Virus record (IMG/VR): IMGVR_UViG_3300035674_000001
Span: 1 to 64,000 of that record
DNA length: 64,000 nt
Strand: one strand, 5' to 3'
Origin: a virus
This document shows positions 56,375 through 62,691 of the stretch, piece after piece. The first letter of the stretch is position 1. The number at the start of each line of letters is the position of its first letter. The notes beneath the pieces are model-generated. The model saw nothing but the letters and a program-made list of their open reading frames with translations, made no database searches and was not told the origin of the DNA. The position numbers and the translations under genes are program-made.

Positions 56375-56928
56375 TGCCAGTACATCCTCATGTTATTAGT
56401 GTGTCGGCTATAGGCTTGCTAGTACTGGGTGCAACTACAGCTAAACCCGTTGTAAATAACGTTAAGCAAGCCATAGAAAAACACCAAAATATCAATGCAA
56501 GCTCTGCTCAAGTTACAGCTTTAAGGCGTGCCATCATTGGTCAAGAATCTAATCATCAATATAACCTAGTAAACCCTCATTCAGGTGCATTAGGCTACGC
56601 TCAGCTAATGCCAGCCAATGTCAGACCTTGGACAAAAGAAGCACTAGGATACGCAATGGATTCTAGAGAATTTCTCTCTAACCAAAAAGCGCAAATAAAA
56701 ACAATTGACTTTAAATTAAATGAATATCTCAGACGTGAATTAGCACAGGGTCATAACGAAGAGCTAACTATACGTCGAGTTGCATCAGCTTGGTATTCAG
56801 GACAACCAAGATTATGGAACAATACTAGACCCCAGTACTATGGTGGCGCAAGATATCCAAGCATTGAAAATTACACTCGGTCTGTTTGGCGAAAATACTT
56901 GAAAGAAAAAGCCAAATTAAACAAGTAA
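56374..56928 (+). CDS. anchored lytic transglycosylase (SLT domain)
   Basis: N-terminal signal anchor. IIGQESNHQYNLVNPHSGALGYAQLMPANV matches the E-S...GLMQ pattern of SLT domains. The start overlaps the upstream stop. Confidence 0.8.
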   Translation: MPVHPHVISVSAIGLLVLGATTAKPVVNNVKQAIEKHQNINASSAQVTALRRAIIGQESNHQYNLVNPHSGALGYAQLMPANVRPWTKEALGYAMDSREFLSNQKAQIKTIDFKLNEYLRRELAQGHNEELTIRRVASAWYSGQPRLWNNTRPQYYGGARYPSIENYTRSVWRKYLKEKAKLNK

Positions 56929-56955
56929 GTTGAATAAATAACAAGAGGACATAAA

Positions 56956-57192
56956 ATGCATTTTCAATTAAATACCTTATTAATGGAACGACTAGAAACA
57001 CTTGCAACTATCGTTCATTTTATTCTGCTAATCTTTTATGCGACATCAGCTCATTCCAAGCAAAGCAGGCTAGAGCTAGCCAACACTGCCTTTATATCTT
57101 GTTACTTACTACCGCAAATTGGTTTTCAGTGGAGTTCGTTCTATCTGGTAGTAGCCATCTGGGATGTTTCCAAGAAAGATGAGATGCTTTAA
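56956..57192 (+). CDS. small membrane protein (2 TM)
   Basis: AGAGGA RBS. Hydrophobic segments: LATIVHFILLIFYATSA and WSSFYLVVAIW. Confidence 0.5.
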   Translation: MHFQLNTLLMERLETLATIVHFILLIFYATSAHSKQSRLELANTAFISCYLLPQIGFQWSSFYLVVAIWDVSKKDEML

Positions 57193-57233
57193 ACTAATTG
57201 ATAGATAACAACTTAGTTGAAGGATTGCTGGTG

Positions 57234-57761
57234 ATGCACGAACAAGATTTTACTACCAATGCCGACAGCACCGAAAAGCAGTTTCAGGAGACAATCAGTG
57301 AAAAGATATACACGATGAGTGTTCGACAAGGAGTGAAACTAGGAGCAATTGCTAAAAAGTTTAATATTAGCATTAGCCAAGTGCAAAAACACATAGAAAG
57401 TTATATTGACAGAGAACTAATACCAAAAGTCAAGCTTGGCACTGAACGGTGTAGAGCAATGCAGCTCTACGAGCTAGAACAGATGGGAATCTTTCTGGGA
57501 GCTTGCATTCAGAATCAAATGAAAAGAGCAGCAGACGATCCAGACAACATCAAGATTGATGGCAGAATCATGGAGCTGTATCACAAAAATATCTTGCAGC
57601 GAGCTAAATTACTTGGTACAGAAATTGTTCAGTCTGCTCCGCTGAACCCGTCAGACAATGACTTTCCGGTTACTATTAACGAGTCAGACATGCAGACTCT
57701 TGCGGAGTTATCTGACGATGAACTGCAAAAGAGGTATCTTGAAACTTTGGCTCAAGGTTGA
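57234..57761 (+). CDS. HTH protein; possible small terminase subunit or regulator
   Basis: HTH: VKLGAIAKKFNISISQVQKHI, followed by helical segments. No small-terminase candidate lies next to terL. Weak. Confidence 0.3.
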   Translation: MHEQDFTTNADSTEKQFQETISEKIYTMSVRQGVKLGAIAKKFNISISQVQKHIESYIDRELIPKVKLGTERCRAMQLYELEQMGIFLGACIQNQMKRAADDPDNIKIDGRIMELYHKNILQRAKLLGTEIVQSAPLNPSDNDFPVTINESDMQTLAELSDDELQKRYLETLAQG

Positions 57762-57805
57762 GATAATGAGAAGTGAGAAAGTCAAATTAGTTACAGGTAA
57801 AGAGC

Positions 57806-58075
57806 ATGGAGAAAAGCGAATCTAGCAGCAAAAAATTGTTTGACTTCTACTTTTCAGCAGATCAGTTTAATAACGCAAGGAAAGATGAAAGAAAGTATTT
57901 AATGATAAACAACCAGCCTTTTACTGAAGTAGTATCGACAGGAAAGCAACCGAAAAGTAATTTCAATGATCTGGTACTAATAGCAGAAGCGCATGAGTAT
58001 AACTCAAATGTCACTTCTGGTAGATTTACATCAAGACTTGAGCCTGAGCTGCATCTAGGTAGATTAAAGAAATAG
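57806..58075 (+). CDS. hypothetical small protein
   Basis: 89 aa with ATG start. An AAAGTCAAA box lies 19 nt upstream. Confidence 0.5.
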   Translation: MEKSESSSKKLFDFYFSADQFNNARKDERKYLMINNQPFTEVVSTGKQPKSNFNDLVLIAEAHEYNSNVTSGRFTSRLEPELHLGRLKK

Positions 58076-58086
58076 ATTCAGCAGCT

Positions 58087-58107
58087 AATTTGCTGAACAG
58101 ATAGAAT
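58087..58107. terminator. short hairpin between convergent genes
   Basis: TTCAGCA-7 nt-TGCTGAA. Confidence 0.4.
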
Positions 58108-58110
58108 TAA

Positions 58111-58437
58111 CTACTTCAGCTTTGCCGAAGTAGTTTTCTTTTTACTGTATTTTTCCTTTAGCTCTTTTTCAAATTCACCAGAAAATATCTTTTTTAAGTC
58201 CATACAAACAACAGCAGGAGATACACCTAAGTGTTTTGCTATTTTCAGATTACTTCCATATTTAGGATAACCATACACCATTGCTAGCTCTAGTACTTTT
58301 ATTCTGCGCTCAATTGCCTGGAGATGCATAATGCGATGGTGATGTCGGCGTCCACCAGCGCGTCGATAGGCTTCAGAGTTACTAACTCTAGCACTCCAGT
58401 CTGGATGACAAGCCGCTTTGCGTAATGGTCGAGCCAT
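58111..58437 (-). CDS. basic HTH DNA-binding protein
   Basis: R/H-rich N-terminus (RRAGGRRHHHR). HTH: NLKIAKHLGVSPAVVCMDLKKI. Confidence 0.5.
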   Translation of the reverse strand: MARPLRKAACHPDWSARVSNSEAYRRAGGRRHHHRIMHLQAIERRIKVLELAMVYGYPKYGSNLKIAKHLGVSPAVVCMDLKKIFSGEFEKELKEKYSKKKTTSAKLK

Positions 58438-58498
58438 AGGTACAACTAAGATAAAATACTAAAGGATTATTAACTAGCTTACTTGAACTTAAACAAAA

Positions 58499-60010
58499 AT
58501 GTCAGAAAAATTAGAAGTAAAATACATTCCTCTTAGTCAGGCTGTGCTACTGGAGATAAATCCCAAAAAGCATGATATGGGTGGCTTAATAGAATTAATT
58601 AAGTTACATGGCTTTAAAGATCCGCCAAAGTGGGAACCGCAACTCAATAACGGCAACGGTGGCATCGTAGAAGGCAATGGCAGAATAGAGGCTTTGTCTG
58701 TCATGTATGGCATGAAAGAAGACAAGCCTAGGGGTATCTTGGTCAATTCTGAAACAAACGAATGGCTAGTACCTGTACTGTTTGGGGTAAATTCTGAGAG
58801 TGAACAAGCAGCGCTGGCTTATTCTATTAGCCATAACGTATCTACGATGGCTGGCGGAGATTTTGAGCTGAGTGATTACTTAAAGCTTTATGACCAAGAA
58901 GAATTTATTGATTTAGCTATTAACTTAGCCGAACAAGATTTCTATGCCTTGCCATTTGATGGTGATGACATAGACAGCTTGAAAGCCATTCGTGAGTCTT
59001 GGTTTAAAGACAACCAGCAGGTTACAGAAGAAGATGACTCTGAAGATCTAGATGAGCTTGAGAGTGACATTAGCGAGCTAGACAACACTCTAAGCGAATC
59101 AGAAATAAAATCACGGGTAAACAAAGGCGAGTTGTGGCAGGTTCGCGCAGCAGATTCAACTCACTTGATTATGTGTGGTGATTGTCGGGACTTTGCTGAT
59201 GTATACAAGCTCATAGGTCAAAGAGAAGTGAATCTTGTTTTTACTTCTCCTCCGTATGCATCGCAAAGAAAGTACGATGAGTCATCTGGATTTAAGCCAA
59301 TTAAGCCTAATGAATACTTAACTTGGTTTAAATCTGTTCAATTGAATTTGCACAAGTTCTTAGCAAAAGATGGCAGTTACTTTCTTAATATCAAATCTCA
59401 CGTAGAAGAAGGGAAAAGAAACCTTTATGTAAATAAGCTGGTAATTGCTCATGCAGAGGATTGGCACTGGCACTTTATTGATGAGTTTTGTTGGACTAAA
59501 TCAGGAATGCCAGGTAGTTGGAAAAATAGGTTTAAGAACGGTTGGGAACCTGTTTTTCACTTTGCATTAACTGACGATATTAAGTTTAGACCCGATAACG
59601 TCTTGCGTAAGCCAGAAGGAGGAAAAGCGAAAGTAAAATTTGATGCTGTCAAAGATAACGTCAACTCTGATTATTGGTTTCATTCTAATGATTCCAAAGA
59701 ACTAGAAGGCGCGTTACCCAGCAACGTGATCAGTGTCAACTCAATGGCACTAGACAATAAAGTACTGGGTAACAAAAAGTTAGGACACGCTGCACCGTTC
59801 CCAGTTGCTTTACCTGATTTCTTTATCAGAGCATTTAGTGATGTTAATGACTGGGTATTCGAGCCATTTGCTGGTTCAGGTACGGTCGCTATTGCATCGC
59901 ATCGTAACCGACGAAACTCACTTAATATGGAAATCTCGCCAGGATACTGCAACTATATCCTAACGAGATTAGAAAAAGAAACAGGCTCTAAAGCTGAGTT
60001 AGTTAATTAG
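58499..60010 (+). CDS. ParB-like N-terminal domain fused to an N6A/N4C DNA methyltransferase
   Basis: ParB/nuclease-like N-terminus (IPLSQAVLLEINPKKHD...IVEGNGRIEAL). Methylase motif IV: VFTSPPYASQ. Motif I: VFEPFAGSGTVAIA. Confidence 0.85.
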   Translation: MSEKLEVKYIPLSQAVLLEINPKKHDMGGLIELIKLHGFKDPPKWEPQLNNGNGGIVEGNGRIEALSVMYGMKEDKPRGILVNSETNEWLVPVLFGVNSESEQAALAYSISHNVSTMAGGDFELSDYLKLYDQEEFIDLAINLAEQDFYALPFDGDDIDSLKAIRESWFKDNQQVTEEDDSEDLDELESDISELDNTLSESEIKSRVNKGELWQVRAADSTHLIMCGDCRDFADVYKLIGQREVNLVFTSPPYASQRKYDESSGFKPIKPNEYLTWFKSVQLNLHKFLAKDGSYFLNIKSHVEEGKRNLYVNKLVIAHAEDWHWHFIDEFCWTKSGMPGSWKNRFKNGWEPVFHFALTDDIKFRPDNVLRKPEGGKAKVKFDAVKDNVNSDYWFHSNDSKELEGALPSNVISVNSMALDNKVLGNKKLGHAAPFPVALPDFFIRAFSDVNDWVFEPFAGSGTVAIASHRNRRNSLNMEISPGYCNYILTRLEKETGSKAELVN

Positions 60011-60096
60011 CTAGCTAACAATCAACTTTTCATCGCTCTCGTCAATTACTTTAATTGAAAGTTGCTGAAAGTCAAGTTAGTAATTAACTTGCTTGG

Positions 60097-60651
60097 TTAA
60101 ATAAAAACTTGGTCTGAACAAATAATACTCCTGTCAGATAAGCGTGGTATTGCTACAGCGTGAGCAAATCCTCGGTCAAGCCAAACGATGCGTTGCTGAA
60201 TTGTTTTGCTTATTACTGGCTCGTTAAAATCAACCGAAATACCATTATGAGCGTATTGAGAAAGGCTCATCAAAGGATGAAGTTTTATGGGTAAAAACAC
60301 AGCCATGACTTGCTTGTCTGGAGAATCATACCAACCAACAAAGTAATCCCATTCTAGTAATAGCTCATTAACGTAAGTTAGTCTTCTTTTAAATACAGGT
60401 ATCCATTCAAGTGTAGAATTTTCCATAAATGTAAAGTCAAGACATATACTAATAACATCTCGCAGCTCTTGAGTAGTGTAGCCATGAGCTTCAATTAGCT
60501 GGTTCTGTTCTATATATCGCAGGATGTAGTATTCAGTGTGATTAGCTTGATTAAAGGGTACAGTATGAATCTTTGCGGCGTCTCTAGCAATATCAAGCAG
60601 CGTATTATACAATCGCTCGTTAATTTGTTCTTTAGTTTGTGCTGTTGTCAT
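60097..60651 (-). CDS. hypothetical protein, paralogue of 60849..61430
   Basis: Shared blocks with the paralogue: ELIEAHGYTTQELRDVISICLDFTF vs ELLIERYTAQAIRDAIAACIDLVF; VGWYDSPDKQVMAVFLP vs VGWYEDKSNQLFAVDLP; RIVWLDRGFA vs RYRWLELGFA. Confidence 0.55.
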   Translation of the reverse strand: MTTAQTKEQINERLYNTLLDIARDAAKIHTVPFNQANHTEYYILRYIEQNQLIEAHGYTTQELRDVISICLDFTFMENSTLEWIPVFKRRLTYVNELLLEWDYFVGWYDSPDKQVMAVFLPIKLHPLMSLSQYAHNGISVDFNEPVISKTIQQRIVWLDRGFAHAVAIPRLSDRSIICSDQVFI

Positions 60652-60845
60652 AAACTATAAGCTCTTTTTGTTATTCGGTTGCAAGTAAAGCAAACTTTGC
60701 AGCCAGGACAGTAGTTATTAAAGTTAGTTAAGTTTTCACCAAAGCCACAATGTTTGCACGGTTTACGAGGAAAAGCTGGAGCTGATCCGTTAGTAATTCC
60801 ATGACTACCATTGAGAGGACAGTAGGGACGTAGTTGTCTTTTCAT
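60648..60845 (-). CDS. small zinc-ribbon protein
   Basis: 65 aa. CKHCGF...CPGCKVCFTC. ATGA overlap with the downstream gene. Confidence 0.5.
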   Translation of the reverse strand: MKRQLRPYCPLNGSHGITNGSAPAFPRKPCKHCGFGENLTNFNNYCPGCKVCFTCNRITKRAYSL

Positions 60846-60848
60846 AAC

Positions 60849-61430
60849 TTACCACCCATTAATATAAGACTTGTTATAGTGATCACAGCACATAATAGTT
60901 CCTCTAATTTGCCACATTGATACAGGCGGAGCAAATCCTAACTCTAGCCACCTATAGCGGTCAATATCTACTATTTTGCCTTCTCCTTTAACTGTACCTG
61001 AATTAATATATAACATTGGCAAGTCAACAGCGAATAGTTGATTGCTCTTATCTTCGTACCAGCCTACACAATGCCTTTGGTAATATCTGTCAGATTTACC
61101 AAAGGCTGTTTTATAAGTATCTATATCATTAACATCAAGTCTTAGCTTGAAGTCAGCTAGCCATTGAGCTGGAAACAGTATAAATACCAAATCTATACAA
61201 GCTGCAATAGCATCTCGAATTGCTTGAGCTGTGTATCTCTCAATCAAAAGTTCAGTTTTAATAAAAACATTCAAATCATGCTCTAAGAGAATCATCGGGG
61301 TATGATGAGCATCTACTTTTATGTATTTAGCCGCTTTTTCAACTAACTTGATAATTGCATCATAGTAATGTGATTCTAATTCTGATAACAGGTCTTCGAC
61401 TTCTGTCTTAAGCTGATCTTCGGCTGTCAT
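60849..61430 (-). CDS. hypothetical protein, paralogue of 60097..60651
   Basis: 193 aa. See the shared blocks listed under 60097..60651. Confidence 0.55.
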   Translation of the reverse strand: MTAEDQLKTEVEDLLSELESHYYDAIIKLVEKAAKYIKVDAHHTPMILLEHDLNVFIKTELLIERYTAQAIRDAIAACIDLVFILFPAQWLADFKLRLDVNDIDTYKTAFGKSDRYYQRHCVGWYEDKSNQLFAVDLPMLYINSGTVKGEGKIVDIDRYRWLELGFAPPVSMWQIRGTIMCCDHYNKSYINGW

Positions 61431-61452
61431 TATTTATCCTGCTTTTACTAAG

Positions 61453-62033
61453 TTACTTATTTTTATTGATCCAGTTAGTGGCTAACTCAAAATCATCTAG
61501 GTTTGCTAAGTTATATACTTTCACTCCATACTTACTTGCAACTCGAGTTGCTTGACCAGTACCGCCAGTTTTTACACTGGTTTCATTTGCTGACTTAGTG
61601 CTATTGAGAGTCCAGCAGATTACAAATCCTGAATGAGCAGTAAGAGTCGAGCCTAGTATTTGGAAAACATTGCGAGTGTGAAGTCTGCGGCTATAGTCAT
61701 TTAGGTTTTGCCAATTAGGGTGTGCATCGCTAGCTATTTCTATCACTTGTGACAATAAACTTTCTTGGTAGTTGTATTCTCAGTATTCACCCTTGTTGGT
61801 CACTTGATACCAGTAGTCAGCTTTGAATATTTGCTTTGTGCCTTCTACTTGATTGCATCCCTGCTCAAATGACAAATCAGCTCCCTTGGCTCCACCGCTG
61901 CGCAGTACACAACCCCGCAGTGCTAGCTGCTTGCCTAATTGAAACATTACATCACATATTTGACTAGAGTTTCACGACTGCCAATACCTGCATAAAAGAT
62001 AATGGGTTTGGGGATAACTGGATTAATAGCCAT
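61453..62033 (-). pseudogene. disrupted DprA/SLOG-like Rossmann gene (one frameshift plus one in-frame TGA)
   Basis: Hand translation gives three pieces. MAINPVIPKPIIFYAGIGSRET then shifts frame near 61966. SQICDVMFQLGKQLALRGCVLRSGGAKGADLSFEQGC...NKGEY ends at TGA (61782-61780), in frame with the track ORF 61453..61755 (...HPNWQNL...FVICWTLNS...TGGTGQATRVA...VKVYNL). The track shows no long ORF here. Confidence 0.6.
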
Positions 62034-62063
62034 ACGGCAAGGTTTAAATATTACGCTACTGTT

Positions 62064-62091
62064 ATCTTATGAGTATTTTAGCAAAAGTCAA
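62064..62091 (-). promoter_or_regulatory. sigma70-like promoter TTGACT-16-TAAGAT (CTTGACTTT box) upstream of the decayed gene
   Basis: On the minus strand: TTGACT (62091-62086), 16-nt spacer, TAAGAT (62069-62064). Confidence 0.45.
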
Positions 62092-62114
62092 GCTTGCTAT
62101 AATCATGAGTCTTA

Positions 62115-62154
62115 GCAATAAAAATACTTGAGTGGTTACATTCACTCAAGTATT
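62115..62154 (-). terminator. rho-independent terminator on the minus strand with no gene upstream of it
   Basis: 12-bp stem AATACTTGAGTG / CACTCAAGTATT, followed on the minus strand by TTTTATTG. Confidence 0.65.
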
Positions 62155-62159
62155 AAATA

Positions 62160-62451
62160 CCTATTCGCCTCTATTAGATTAACTCAACTTCATCTAGTCC
62201 TAAAATTAGCTCTAGACCAGTTTCACCGTTTTGATCCGGCTCTCCCTCGCAAATAACGGAAGGAAAATGAAGAACAGCGAGAGAGAGTTAAGAGAGAATG
62301 AGTGGGAAGGTGAAAAATAGGCGAAATAGAGAAAGTCAGGTTAGTTGAAAAGCTGTAGTAAATGCGTTGTGGATAGGGGGTGGTAGAGTGAAACAAAAAG
62401 AGACAAACAGGGGTGTGATGAGACGAGATGGTGAACATGATGAAAGTCAAG
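62160..62451 (-). ncRNA. candidate pyrimidine-rich non-coding transcript
   Basis: Bounded by a CTTGACTTT box (minus orientation, 62451-62443) and the terminator at 62115-62154. The minus strand is strongly C/T-rich. The only ORF (62223..62450) starts on the TTG of the box and has an implausible S/T/F/L/H/P composition. Confidence 0.25.
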
Positions 62452-62606
62452 TTGGTTGAATAGTGTGGTTCTGTTGTTTGTAGCTTGTTTAGCCGTTACC
62501 ACATTCATGTACATTTTGCAAGTTTTCCCGTTCCCCCTACAAAAATCCTTCGGCGGAATCTTTATAGCATCTCCTTCAAAATTTCACAGAAAACCTCTAT
62601 CAAAAC

Positions 62607-62635
62607 TTGACTTTCACTGAGTAGTTCCCGATAAT
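62607..62635 (+). promoter_or_regulatory. sigma70-type promoter TTGACT-17-GATAAT (CTTGACTTT box) for the 62692 gene
   Basis: TTGACT at 62607-62612, exact 17-nt spacer, GATAAT at 62630-62635. ATG lies 57 nt downstream. Confidence 0.65.
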
Positions 62636-62691
62636 CAAGTAAGTTGGTAATTCAACTAAAACAAAACGTACACACAAAAGGTAGATCACGC

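Noticed and set aside
50942-57192. Calling the membrane cluster a type IV secretion or conjugation system.
   Set aside because: There is no VirB4-size ATPase, relaxase, VirB6-like polytopic protein or oriT-like repeat. Only the general composition is reminiscent. I report it as an unassigned envelope machine instead.
50138-57192. Reading the frameshift gene plus downstream coiled-coil, M23 and SLT genes as a tail chaperone (G/GT) plus a fragmented tape-measure protein.
   Set aside because: The genes are on the opposite strand from, and about 48 kb away from, the tube-like gene. They have individual RBS/start signals and multiple bona fide TM anchors, and they include a P-loop ATPase. A tape measure would be one long ORF.
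62223-62450. 75-aa ORF in the gene-free region.
   Set aside because: It starts on the TTG of the CTTGACTTT box. Its S/T/F/L/H/P-rich sequence reflects the pyrimidine-rich strand. It is more likely non-coding.
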